Origin: Camelus ferus
Taxonomy: Eukaryota
DNA length: 64,000 bases
Assembly (NCBI RefSeq): GCF_009834535.1
Contig: NC_045698.1
Coordinates: forward strand, 932,001-996,000
Reading direction: 5' to 3'
Shown: positions 38,363 to 50,345 of the stretch, one piece after another
Layout: each line of letters opens with the position of its first letter
Position numbering within the stretch: the first letter of the stretch is position 1
The notes under the pieces: model-generated
What the model was told of the DNA's origin: nothing
The model's input: only the letters and a program-made list of their open reading frames with translations
Databases searched by the model: none
Position numbers and translations under genes: made by a program

Positions 38363-40959
38363 GGAAACACTGCTCTTATTTTTGTCAATGACAGAAGGGG
38401 AAACACCAAGTAAATAACAGCCGCAGATGCTGAATCTGTGAGTAGGTTTTGGGGCTCCTCCCGGGGTTATCAGGTTCAGTTTTAAGCTGAGACAGACACA
38501 GACCCAGACGTCATGCAGCACCGTCCACACCAATTGCCTGTGTAGTTCAGAGCCTCCCCTCCCCCCGCCTCCACTGTGACCAAAACAGCCCGTTTTTGCT
38601 CTCCTTTGGCCTCCACCTGTGCAGAGTTCCTGCACCTACCCTGGGAGAGGGATGCGGTCCCTGGGCGCTGGAACCTGCCCCCGGCCGGGCCTTGGGGGCG
38701 GAGGGGCCTGGACACGGCCATGCGCCCATGTGGGGTCACAGAAGAACTTCCTGCTTGTCGAGAGCTGACGCTGCAAAGCTCCACCACGGGCACTTTTAGC
38801 TGTCCTTTCATTTTCTTCTGACGATGTCACTGTAGGACTGGGGCCACCAGCCCCGTTTGTAGATGAACTACCTTCTGCTCGGAGAGGCCTGGTCACCTGG
38901 CCAGTGGCGCAGTGAGCTTTGACAAGGCCGCTGACCTCAGCCTGTCAGACGCTTTGGGCAAAGCGTGGGGAGCCTCAGACTGCATCTGCCACCCAGGGTC
39001 CCGTACATGGCGAACCAGTTGCCTTTTGCCTTATAAACATGGCGGGGGCCATCCCCTGCCTGCCACGTACTCTGGGTGAGGTCCGGGGCTGGGGGCCGTG
39101 CGTGGCGCTTGCTTCCGGGGAGACTAGCGGTGGCACAGGCCCCTTGCGGGAAGATGCCCCTCACTCGGCAACAGGGCTGCGTGAGCACGTGACGCATGAC
39201 CCGGGTGCTTGACAAGTGTGGTCACAAACCGACTCCTCTCTCGCACCTTTATTTTATGAAGTTTGAGGCGGATGCTGACGCCGGCCATGCTGAGCGCTGG
39301 AGCAGTGAGTTAAGGTCGCCCAGCTGTCTGTGAACCGTAAATCACAGCCTAGTTCCCTGAGCATCCGGCTCTCCTCTCTGCTGGCAGGCCCACTTCCATT
39401 GTAAGGTCTGATTTTGTTCATTATGTGTAAGAAAGAAAGATCTGAATTGAATAGCAGGCGCCCCCAGTCACGGGTTCTTTGGAATCTGCCCCAAAGATGC
39501 CAGCAGTTCATTTCAGTGTGGCGACATCACTCCACAAATCGGTTGAACTTTCTGCTGGCTTCCTTGGCCCCACCAGTGAGTTTTCTACATGAACCTGAGG
39601 TGTCCCAGCCAGAGGCGGCAGGAACGGGAGCCTCCCCCTTGGGAGGGGCTGAGAACTGCGCGGGCGACAGGCCCTGCGCGCCGCCGCGTCCTTCTGCTCT
39701 GACAGAGGCCTCAAGCCACTCTGACCTTTCATGGCGCAGACAGCGAGTCTGCCGTATGAACTTCTAGGCCCCTCCGGACACACGGAGATGCACTGGTGGT
39801 GCGTCTTCTGAACACGATGGGCCTGGGTTCGGGTCCTGAGTCCTCACCGACCACCTGTGTGCCTGGAACTGGCTCATGCAGTTCCTGCGAGATTCTGTTT
39901 CCACACTTGTGACGGAAGGAACACAGTTTTCAGGATGACCCTGAGGATGGGAACGGTGCATGGAAAACGACTGCGAGCGGCCGTGTCTGCCTTAGATGGC
40001 AGCCGTGTTACTGAGGGAGCTTGTGGAACGGCTGAAGTTCTACTGAATATAGTTGTGAAGGCCTGGGTGGTTGGGGGTCTCACAGTAGAAATTGTTCAGT
40101 CAATCAAGCCGCTCATCTCGAATTCTGACGGCCGCCCCGGGAACCGGGAGGGAGGGACAAGGGTGCTGCTGCGGACGTGCCTGACCCGTAGGGCCCGCCC
40201 AGGAAGGCTGCTCGCGGAGCCCGGTGGCGTGTCCACGGGGAGACCCAGGCAGGGCTGCTTCCATTTGGAAAACGGACTGAAGGGCCTCTGGTTACGGAAG
40301 ACGGGGTGGGGGGTGCAGCATTAACAGAGAGGTGGAGACTCAGACGGACCGGCTTCAGGGGGTCTTCTGGGCCCTCCACCCCGGCCAAAGGTGGGCGGGG
40401 GCCGGGCTCTCGCAGGGCAGGATGGTGCTTCTCTAACGGGCAGCCAAGACCTGGGCCAGGGCGGCGGCCGGCAGCGCACGGCTCGCTCCCGTCGGGGGAG
40501 GCTGACCACTGACCCCCCGGTCCTGGGTTGTGGCTCCCGCCACGAAGTCGCCCCTCACCTTCAGGAATAGTCGGCCACACAGCTGAAAGGTGCTTCGGTT
40601 TGAGGACAGAGGGGAACAGAGGTAGCTGGCTGCCTGGAGTCCTGCGCAGTGGCGGGGGGACCAGGTGTGTGCAACGACGGGGCCCCGGCGGGAGCAGCGC
40701 GGTGCTGGCGGGAGGAGCACACCCACACCCCAGGAACGGTGGGCTCTGAAAACCCGGCCGCTTCCTTCTTCTGTTCAAGGAAAAGCCGGCTCTGGCGGGC
40801 AGCCTGTTGCCTGGGTCCCGGGCGCGGGGACGCACGTGAGTCTGCGGGCCCTGCGGGCGCTGAAAGGACACACGTGTGCGGCAGCAGAGGCGGCAGCCTG
40901 GGTGTGACAGACACGCCCCTGGAAGACAGACCCTGAAGCTCGCTCGGGAGAAGACGCAC

Positions 40960-41595
40960 AGCCCAGACAGTCTCGTAGATGAAAAAGCGATCGAGTCCAC
41001 TGCCAAACATCTTCCCAAGAGGAACTTCCGACCCAGGTGGCTTCCCTGGCGAGTTCAACCAAACATTTAAGGAAGGAATGCAGGTTTATTAGAAATACCA
41101 ATCGTATACAAACTCACAGAGACTGAACAGGAGAGAACACTTCCCAGCTCCGTTCATGAAGCCAGCATCACCTTGATATTCAAACCAAGACATTATATGT
41201 AAAAGACAAACAAACAAACAAAACTAAGTGCAGTATTTCTCATCCACACAGGAGGAAAATTGTTAGCAAATTTTAGAAAATTGAGTCCAACAGTATTTCA
41301 GGAGGACAGCACATCACGCAAACTAAAGGACAATCGGAGGGAATCCAGCACACCCCCGACGGGCAGTTTCAGCGAACTGGGCACCGAGGGAGGGTTCACC
41401 CGATGGAAACCGTCAGTGACAAGCCTACAGCGAGCTCAGTGACAGACGGAGCGCTTTCCCCACCAGGTCGGGGAAGGCGGCAGAGACCCCCCCACGCTGC
41501 CGCTCAGCCCTGCACCGAAGGCTCCAGCCCGAGCCGGAAGCGGGGAAGGAAGCGACAGGCAAACCGGAGGGTGAGAGGTGAAGCTGCCTCTGCCC
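40960..41595 (+). mobile_element. Old L1 ORF2 (reverse transcriptase region) fragment
   Basis: IESTAKHLP similar to L1 IESVIKNLP; ggcttccctggcgagttcaaccaaacatttaagg (GFTGEFYQTFK-like); gaagccagcatcaccttgata (EASITLI); a GC-drifted GTRQGCPL...VKLSL region at 41470-41592. Confidence 0.8.
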
Positions 41596-44059
41596 CCGGG
41601 TGGCGTCGCTGCCTCCCAGTGGGGGAGAGAGGGCCCCTTCCCTTGCGCAGGCTCCCCTGCCTTCCCCAGGGCTGAAATTTCAGCAGATCCTCCCAGCCTC
41701 TCCAAAGAACTCACGGCCCCGGGAGGGACCACATGGGGGAGGACGCGGGCCACCTTCATGCACAAGCATGGCAGCCCCAGTGACCGGGAACTGCAGCCTG
41801 AGGCGCTGCTCCAGGTCCCCAGGCTCTTGCCTTTGTGGGTAGAAACGCTCAGGTGTCCAGGCCAAACAAAGGCCACGAGACTGCAGGTGTTGACAAAGGC
41901 CAGGGTGTGAGTGGGGACGCAGGGGGCTTCTATGTCCAAGGACACACAGGTGGTTGGCCGGGGCTGCTCCCAGACTGAACAAGGGAGGCCGGCGTCCCAG
42001 CAGCAGGTGTCAGCGGAGGGGCTGCAGGGGGCCCATCCTGTGCACGGTGCCGCACCGCCTGCATCTTGTCACACTGCGAAACGCAGAGCCAGGGTAATGA
42101 CACTGTGCCAGGCTGTATCGCATGCGTCACACCGTGACACTTGCCCTGCACTGCGCTACCTCATCGCACTCTGTTGACAGGATGGGCTCTAGACTTGGAC
42201 TGAGATGGCCCCTGAAATGCCTTCAAATTAACATCTGAAATTTGGTGAATTTCTGCTCTCATGGCTGAGATCTTGAAATAGCTCGTTAGTCTGAATTGCA
42301 GGACCCGTGTTTTACTTCTCTGAGGAAAGTAGCTGTAAACATATATGGGAACTGTCTGGCAGTCACCCGTCTACACCCGGAGCAGCCGGGTCTGCACGGG
42401 CTCCCTGCACTGGACGTGACTGTTACCGAGGTGCTCGGAGCCCCCCGCCCGGCTGCTCTGACCATAGAGCAGAGAGAGGGACTCCAGCCTAGAATGTCTT
42501 ACAATAGTCATTTCCTAACATATTGTGGTGTTATTTTAAACACTTTCTCACCCCTCAGTGAGATGGATGCTTGCTAAGCCCTTCCCGTACCAGCTCACTG
42601 ATTCTCCAGCCTCGCGGAGCAGGTGAAGCGTTGTCCCAGCCGACCGGGGGGGAGGCTGAGAAGGAGCCTCAGGGCCGAGGGTGGTGGCAGAGGGGGATTC
42701 CCGAGTCTGGCCGTCTGACTGCGGACGGGGGCCCTAAGCTCGCCCCCTTGCCATGGCCCCGTGGCAGTAGTTACCCCCAATGTCCCCTTCCGGCCTCCGT
42801 GGGCCTCAAAGCCAGGGCTGCTTCTTCCTGTCCCCCAGGTCTCAGGTGACCGCTGTGGCTAAGCTCGGGGTGCCTCTAAGCCTGTGAGCTCAGGGGCTGC
42901 CCCCTCCTTCCTTCCCGGCACCAACTGAGGGCTCAGGGCCAGAGCCGGGGAGGAGAGGCCCTCCTCCTGGCTCAGTGGGTCGGCGGCTGGGCTGGGGCCG
43001 ACGAGTGGGGTGGGAGGGGGGCCCTGCTGGTTGGATGGAGGACGTGAGATGTGCCCACGACCAGCACAACCCCAGTGAGCAGTACCACCAGAGGGCTGAT
43101 GTGTTCAGGGAGGGAGCCCTGACTCTGACCAAGGGCTGGATGTCCAGGGAGCCCCCAGCCCAGAGCAGAGCGTGAGAGGCTGGGGGGCAAGGAGGTGTCA
43201 GGAGTGGAGGAAGCAGAGAGTGGGGTTGCGTGTGACAGGATAAGAAAGACACAGGAAAACAGGGAGTGGCAGGGATGTCTGCTCCGTGTAAACCAGGTCT
43301 CCTGGAGGAGGGAGGTGGACGGTGTGGGCTGCAGGGGCGGGACCATGGGAAGCACCTCACCTGAGGTCCGGGGAGGGGGTGCGTGTGACAGCGGTGACGC
43401 TGGAGTTCAGGCAAGCTGGGGAGCAGGGGAGAGAGAACCCTCCAGAACCTGGGGTGGAAAGAGGCACCAAGCAGGGCGTCAGAGGCAGGAGGGGGCCTGG
43501 GAGCCTGTGATTCTGCCCACAGAGCAGGGGCTGCGGGCTTTGATCAGCACACCGGGCGGGAGCTGGTTCTGTGACAGGAGCAGGGAGCTGGGCAGGGGTG
43601 CAGGTGGCCTCCGAGGGGAGGGTCTGCAGACCTGGGCTGCACAAGTTAGGGGAGAGTGAGAAGACCTCCTAAGAACAGAAAGCATGAGGAGCAGCCCTGC
43701 GGAGACTTGGGGACCCCCTCCAGGACTCGTGGGGGCTTCTCCGCACAGCCCCTCCGTGGAGTTCTCTTCCCAGCAGGCCCCCTCCCTCTGTCCCAGAGCC
43801 CCCTGTCTGTCTTCACCCAGGGACCCAGGGATGAGACCCTGCCGGCCGGCCAGCACAGCTGAGCCCTGCACGCGGGGCTGGGCCTGCACGCGGGGCTGGA
43901 CGTTGGTAAGAGGACACCTTGGGATGACGGCCCCAGCCGCGTCCTGGCCTCCGTGCTGCCGTGTCCACATGAGGCCTGCCGGGGCGTGATGCTCACTCCC
44001 CAGTGGACAGCCTCTCTGGGTGGGAAAGGCTCTTCTTGCACCAGCCAAGCCCCGAGGTT

Positions 44060-44160
44060 GGGTTGCGGGGCTTCCAGGGGTCCCAGTGAGAGGGGTGTTC
44101 TGGGACTTCAGTTCTGAAACTCAGAAGTCCTGGGCAAACTTCAAAGAGCTGGTCACCCCA
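44060..44160. mobile_element. MER81-like hAT-Blackjack MITE
   Basis: gggacttcagttctgaaactcagaagtcctgggcaaac...gagctggtcacccca resembles the recalled MER81 3' half and its GGTCACCCTA TIR. Confidence 0.55.
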
Positions 44161-45525
44161 GAGAGACAGGCCTCAGATGGAGTGGTGCCTCATCGGCGCC
44201 ACTGCCACGGCCCCTGGGAGACGCAAGCTCGCTGGATGCCCGGGGCGGGGGCGTAGGCAGCCCTTCTGAAAAACAGACTTTCTGTGCAGATACACTTACT
44301 GAAGTGTAGTCAGTTTACATTTTTGTGTCAGTCGTAGGCAGCTCTTGACCTGGCCACCCAGGTGCGCGGGGTGTGTGGGGTCGGTCCCGCAGAGGAAGGC
44401 GATCTCCCCCCACCCCCACCCTGCCCAGGAGGTGAGGCCCCCAAGCTGCTAGAGGGACTTGGGGTGAAGAGAGCCCGCTGTGCCCCTGGGCCCATGGTCT
44501 CTTCCTAAGGGAACTGTTTACAAGGGATGGGAGCAGAGGGGCTGTGCCGAGTCGGGGCTGACCCCCGCCCCTGAGCCAAGACAGCCATGGACCACACACG
44601 TCTCCCTGAGCCCAGAGCAGGACAGGTCTCCACGCACCACGCCCAGGCTGGGGGTGGGGGTGGAGGAGGGGAGGAGGACACGAGAGGGGACCCTTTGCTT
44701 CCTCGAGGGCCTGTCATCTTCGTTAAGGCGTTAGGAGTTAGGAGACCTGTCCAAGCCATCTCCCCCTGTGCCCAGGCCCATCTGGGTCCTCCTGCCCCTC
44801 TCGGTGTCCCCCCAGTCGGTGCGTTCTCCGCGCCCACCCAGTGGTGGCGCTGTTGCCCTTGGAACTGGTGATCCTGGCTGCCGACTTTGGGGTCTCACTT
44901 TAGTTGGGAAAGGGCCCCGGGGTGCATGGGGGCACCTGTGACGCCCGCCTCGCAGGGAAGGGCCTTTGGGGTGGGAGGGGCCGGAGAGGGAGCAGGACCA
45001 GCAGACCCGGATCCCGCCCCACCGCCAACCGCCCAGAGCTGGGGTGTCCCCGCCGCCCTCCTGGGGTGGCCTGGGGGCGGGTGAAGTGGAGCACATCCCT
45101 CCCCTCCTCCGCCTGCCGCTTGGTTTCTGTGTGGGGGTCGCAGCACTGGATCGTGGTCCCTGGGTCCTGGCGTGTGCAGGCTGGACAGCGGCTTTTCAGC
45201 TCTGTCCCCTCTGGGCACTCAGACCTCGGGGGACCTCCGCATCTAAGACCTGCTCCTGAATGGAAGCCTTCCCAGCTGTCCTCGTGGGCCCGGCAGCCTG
45301 CGGACTGTCCGGCTGTAAGAAGGGATGGCAGGGGGGCCGGTCCTCCCCCAGTTTGAAGGAGGGGGCGAGTGCGGCCGGGGCGCGCAGGATGGGGCCTGCC
45401 CAAGCCAACAGCAGGCCGGCTGCCTTCTGTGTGATCGTCCCCATCTTTTGAAAGTTTATTTCAGGAACTCTTCCTTGAATGACAGTTGTTAGTGTTTATT
45501 TTGCTCCTTCTATTTGCCCCCCCCC

Positions 45526-45800
45526 CTTTACTAAGATACAGCTAACAGGTACCACTGAGTGAGTTGCAGGTGTGCGGTGTGATTGATGCTCATGTATGCT
45601 GCACAGCGATTTCCACAGCGAGATTAATTAACACACCCATCACCTCACATAGCTTTTTCTGTCTGTGGGGGGAGGGGAAATTTAAAAATCTACTCTCTTA
45701 CAATAAAAAAAAAAAAAGAAAGGAAAAAAAATCTACTCTCTTAGTGACTTTCAAATGCAGGGACACTGCTGTTACCTGTGGTCACCGCGCACTCCTTCCC
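45526..45800 (-). mobile_element. L1MA/MB-type 3' end
   Basis: attaattaacacacccatcacctcacatag...aaaatctactctcttagtgactttcaaat...gtggtcacc are antisense L1MA 3' terminal motifs. Confidence 0.8.
45701..45726 (+). mobile_element. 26-bp poly(A)-only retro-insertion with 17-bp TSD
   Basis: aaaaatctactctctta at 45684-45700 and 45727-45743 flanks caataaaaaaaaaaaaagaaaggaaa; TT/AAAA target site. Confidence 0.85.
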
Positions 45801-46169
45801 GCCGGGGCCGCTCCCCTGAGGACGGGACCCCCACGCGCGCCCCACCCTGTGTGCCTGCTCTCCCAGTCACTCGTGTCCTGGGCTCTCTCTGCCTCCAGGA
45901 TTTGTCACGTCCTTGCGAATGCTTGAGATCTCTTTCCGACGTGTTTTTATGATCAAGATGTCCTGACTCTCTTGTCGTCCGTTTTCCTTATTCATTTATT
46001 TTATTTCCTTTTTTATTGGTTTTTATCTTTCATCACTTAGTTTCAAAAGTGAGACCATATCCGGATAAAAATAAGCAGCTTAATATTTTTGTAAACTTCA
46101 GCGTGTTGTTTTCCGTACATGTCAAGGTTACAGTGCTTTTCCTTTTTAAAAAGTAATTAATTAATTAAT

Positions 46170-46238
46170 TTTGCTTTATTTTCATTTTTTAAACTGAAGT
46201 GCGGTCGGTTTACAATGTTGTGTCAGTTTCTGGTGTGC
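46170..46238 (-). mobile_element. Short L1 3' tail (camelid type)
   Basis: T-rich tail followed by ctgaagtgcggtcggtttacaatgttgtgtcagtttctggtgtgca, the reverse complement of the terminus seen at 62206-62259. Confidence 0.75.
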
Positions 46239-47038
46239 ATTCTTCGCTCTTGTGTTCTGTCTTACTCTGCATCTGAAATGCTTTCCTCATATTTCTAATG
46301 ACCTCCTGGGCGACGGGAGCTCGTCTCTGAGTTTTCCTGCTTTGAGTGGCCTGTCCTCACATTTACACCGTCGATCTGGTGCAGTCGGCTGGCTCTGCAG
46401 TCAGGCGCAGCCTCGCTCTGTTTCTGTGCCTCTTCTGCACGTTTGGTGACGTGCGGGGACGGCACTCGGCTCTTTCCTCTCCTTCTTACAAGGATTTGGT
46501 GGACGATTTGATTTTGATCCTCTTCTGTTGCTCATTTTTTATGTAGAACTGGTTTTTCCAAGCTCTTAGAAGGAGGCCTGTTCAGAACAGCTTTTCGATG
46601 CTCACAGAGCTCCACCTCTTGCTTTCCTGCAGTTAAAACAACCCCGCAGTGGCCTGAGGCTGCCTGACTGTCCCGCCCCTCTAGCTTCCCCTCTGACCTT
46701 TGTCTCCATCGTCCTGAACGTGGGGCCTCGGAGGCTGCGGGCTCTGACCTGGAGGGAGCCCCGAGGGGCTGCTTCTCACTTCGTAGCCTTAACATGTGCG
46801 AGCAGAACAGCCGCCGTCTCTGCATTCCTCCTCCTTCTCACAGCGTCCTTCGCCGGAAGTGCACTGCAGTCCTCCATCCTGAGTGCTGCGTGACGCTGGC
46901 CTCATCGCAGAGCTTTGTCGTAGAGCCACGCGCGTCACCGTCGGGGCTCCACCCCGGCCCCCGCAGACACGGGTGTCTCCTGTCTCCTCTGGGGGACAGT
47001 GTGGCTGGGGTGCCCACGTCTTCCCTCTGGGGAAGGGC

Positions 47039-47454
47039 TGTCGGAGTTCCGCCTTCCCGCCTGCATTCGTGTTCCCGGAGAAGAGGGTTCTCGCCCCGCG
47101 CAGGAAAACACCCGAGAGCGAGGCACAGTAAAGTGAGAGCAGGTTTACTTAGAGAGACGCACGCTCCGCAGACGGACTGCGGGCGGCCCAGGAGGCGAGC
47201 GCGCGGCCTGCGTGGCGCAGGGCTGTCCGCTGCTGCGGGCTTGTGACTTCACGCGCGCGCGTGCGGGAGAAGGAGCCCGGCTGCGCGGGGGAGGCGCGGG
47301 TGCTCCCAGGAACTGCGCCCCGGGGGTGCGCCATGAGGCTCGAGGTCACCGGGAAGGAGGCTCCTCCGCTGTCTTGGTTCTGGCCGGTTTGTCCTCAGTT
47401 GTCGTGTCGGCCCCTCGGTGGCTGCGCCCGGCCCCTTCCCGCCTGTCTCTCTCA
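47039..47454 (-). mobile_element. Probable solo ERV LTR, CpG-rich
   Basis: TG...CA bounded, about 416 bp; gagcgaggcacagtaaagtgagagcaggtttacttagag resembles an antisense ERV1 LTR R/poly(A) region; flanks gggc / ggct are only an imperfect TSD. Confidence 0.5.
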
Positions 47455-49299
47455 GGCTGGGTGACTCTCGTACACAGGCGCCTGCGAGTGTCCAGCAGCC
47501 CGGGAGGATGGCAGGAGCGGGTGGCCCTCGGCGCCGCGGCGTGCTGAGGCCAGGCCTCCTCAGCCGACTCCGGGCAGCCAGGGGCTGCCTCCCTCTTCCC
47601 TCCTGGAGCCGCGCCCTCCGCCTGCGCCGGGACGCGCCCTCCCCTCTGCCCTTCTGTTCACACCTGGGCCCTCTGGCCGGCTGCTTTCCGGCCTGCCGAC
47701 CGGAGGCCCTGCGCTCTTCCCCGGTCCCCGGGCCTGTCCTCACTCTCACGAGCGGGCCTGACCGCTGCACGCTGGGTTGTCAGCGAGGGGTGTTCTCGCC
47801 GGCGCTGGCGACGCCCTGGGACTGCGCCGGCACGCGCAGAGCGCGCTGCGGGGCACCGTCTCCCAGTTACTCTCCTGGCTGGGTTCTTCTTTGTTCGCGT
47901 GCTTTCTCAGTATTGTGTTTTCACTCTTACGTGGTGGGGATTCGGTTCCTGCGCCCAAGTAGCCAGCTACCCACGAAGCTGGTTTTGTGCATCCGTTCAT
48001 TTAAAAGACGCTCTGTATTGTAATTAACCGTATCGAGGAAATTCATGTGAAACCCAGCGAAGCTGGCAGCCGTGTGTCCTCACCGCCACATCTCTGGGAA
48101 GAACTCCGGGGACTTGGTGACCATTTCCTGAGATAAGCTGTGATTTAATCAACTTGCTTTTCATGTTGCTTTTCTCTTTAAAAGTGTATCTTTTACTTTG
48201 GAATAATTTCAGATACCGACCGTGTTTAGGATTCTGGTTGTATTTGACATGATACACCGTGAAGGCCGTGGCGACCAGTTAGCAGAGATTTCGCAGAAGA
48301 AAGCAGCCTGTTTGGGATGCTGGCTGCACATCCGCGGCGTGTGTCCTTGAGGTCGTAGGCGGCCCTGCCGGTCGCCCCCAAGGCCCGGAGCTGCTGGCAC
48401 GTCCCCCTGATTCTCCTTCTTGGGAGGAGAGCGGACGTTCAGCAGCACCGTCCTAAACCACGTGTGCAGAGGCCTGTCTCCTCTTCCACACTGTTTCCAG
48501 GTTTGCGCTGAGGTGAATGAGTGAGTCCCGCGGGTAGTCACCCCTTGAAGAGTCTGCAAAGACCTCTGTGTTTTGCGGTAGCGTGTGCCCGCCACCCACG
48601 TGGGGACGTTTGCCCCTTTGTTCTGGTCAGTGCATGGCTCTTGCCTGGCCTTCAGGGTTAGGCTAAGGACTGAGTCCTTTGGTTATCAGCCATTCCCACC
48701 AGAGAAGGGGGATGGGACAGGGCGCCTTCACCCCCAGCCCCCAAGAGTCCCCCTCCAACCCGAGGGCGTGGAGCTGGCGCAGGCAGAGGGTTGGTTGGGT
48801 GGGCTTAGGGGCACCGCGGTCGCCAGGGAGAGGTGTGCTGGCTTGATGGGGACCGAGACAGCGAGGAATCTCGAGCCGGTTTCTGCTGATCTTGAGGCAA
48901 AGAGGGTCATGTAGTGACAGGGAAAGTTCACAAGAAAGAATGCAGATACCCATCCTGCGATGGTACCTCAGTAACGCTGAGGGCAGCAAGGATGCTTGCA
49001 GCAGGCTTGGGGCATGGAGCAGAGTGAAGCTGCTGAAGAAATGGGAGTCGGAATGATGATTCATTGCCATCAGTGTTTACTCCCTTTCTAAAAGGAAGGA
49101 CATGCGGACACTAAATAATGCCAAATGCAGCCAGTCATGCAAGCATGTGGGTCCCACCCCGGGGTGTTCACCCTGCCACCCGCCAGCTGGCGTCCAGTGC
49201 GCCCAGTCCACGACCGAAGTCTTCATCGCGAGGGGAGGAGGTCCTGGCGCTGACAGGTGATCTACTTAGAGATGATGACTTCTTGACGAGCCGGCAGTT

Positions 49300-49510
49300 G
49301 AAACATTCATGACACGCCTCCCTGTGTTTCCAAATCCATTGTTGGCGGCTGCATAATTAACAGGTGACATTGCTAACTCTGGAAGAAGAGAGAGCTTGCA
49401 TAATTTGTTTATGAGATAAAGAAGCATGCTGTTTGAGAGCTCTGGTGTGCTCTGCTCTCCGCTAAACATCACTTCTGTTTTCCAAATGTTGGACGACAAA
49501 GCACTTTCTG
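49300..49510. promoter_or_regulatory. Candidate enhancer block
   Basis: ccattgtt (SOX), tgcataattaa and tgcataattt (POU/homeodomain), caggtg (E-box), tgtttat (FOX) and agataa (GATA) clustered in an AT-richer patch. Confidence 0.35.
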
Positions 49511-50227
49511 TCTCCAGTTTGGAAATGGAATAGGGCTTAGTCTCCCGTGGACGTGTTGTCCCTCCCTGGGGCCAGTGGAGCCACCCAGGCAGTAACAGTG
49601 AGACCTCTGACTCCTGAGAGACGGAGGGCAGTTGGGAACAAGGAGCTAAGTGTGTGGCCACACTTGGGGTGGTAAGTGGCTCTCCTGCCACCTTTGGGGC
49701 CCCCCCGGGTCAAGACTTGGCGCCAGCCCAGCCTCGTAACAGCGCCAAGAGGGAGCTCTGTGTGGTGCGGAGAGCCGGGGCAGAGGCGTCCCGCCCACAG
49801 CGCGCAGTGGGCCACCCGAGCGCGGACTGTGTGGTTAGGAAGGACGGGATAGCTCTGGGTCTTCTGTACTGGGGACCCACAGAGCCGTGGGCCAGGGCTA
49901 ACAGGCCTTCTTGATTTCACGCCTGAGGAGCCAGGCTCAGCCCTCAGCATCAGCCCCCAGAGCCCCAGCCCCTGCCAGCACAGGCCTGTGCCCAGGAGGC
50001 AGAACGGAGGACGCTCTGTCCTCAGGAGCCAACAGCAAGCTAGCGACACTGCAGTGGCTGGTGAATTCCACCCACTGAGCTCCCCGTGCGGTGGCAGGTC
50101 AGCTGCGCGGGTGGCGTCCTGTGGATGTCGGCATCAGTGTCCCCCATCCCAGGCCCACGGCTGGTGGTGCGGATGCCTGTCACAGGGGCATCAGCGCTCA
50201 TGTTGAAGCGTGTAGAAGCGCTCTGGG

Positions 50228-50345
50228 GCGGGGGCGGGGGCGGGGGGCACGGCTCAGGGGCAGGGCTGTGTGCACGGCGTGTGCGAGGTCCTGGGTTCAA
50301 TCCCAGTGCCTCTGTCAAAGGGAAAAGTGAAATAAAATCTCAAAA
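50228..50345 (+). mobile_element. tRNA-derived SINE (vic-1-like), GC-drifted
   Basis: G-rich head, ggctcaggggcag (A box), cgaggtcctgggttcaatcccagtgcctc (B box), A-rich tail. Confidence 0.8.

Noticed and set aside
37990..38417. His/Thr- or Cys/Val-rich ORFs
   Set aside because: These are translations of the (TG)n-type simple repeat.
40113..41018. 301-aa minus-strand ORF
   Set aside because: No domain; it starts within antisense L1 sequence and runs through GC-rich DNA.
43866..43899. Short tandem duplication ctgcacgcggggctgg x2 (similar cases at 6522-6553 and 63282-63306)
   Set aside because: Ordinary two- or three-copy microduplications with no spacer array; not CRISPR-like.
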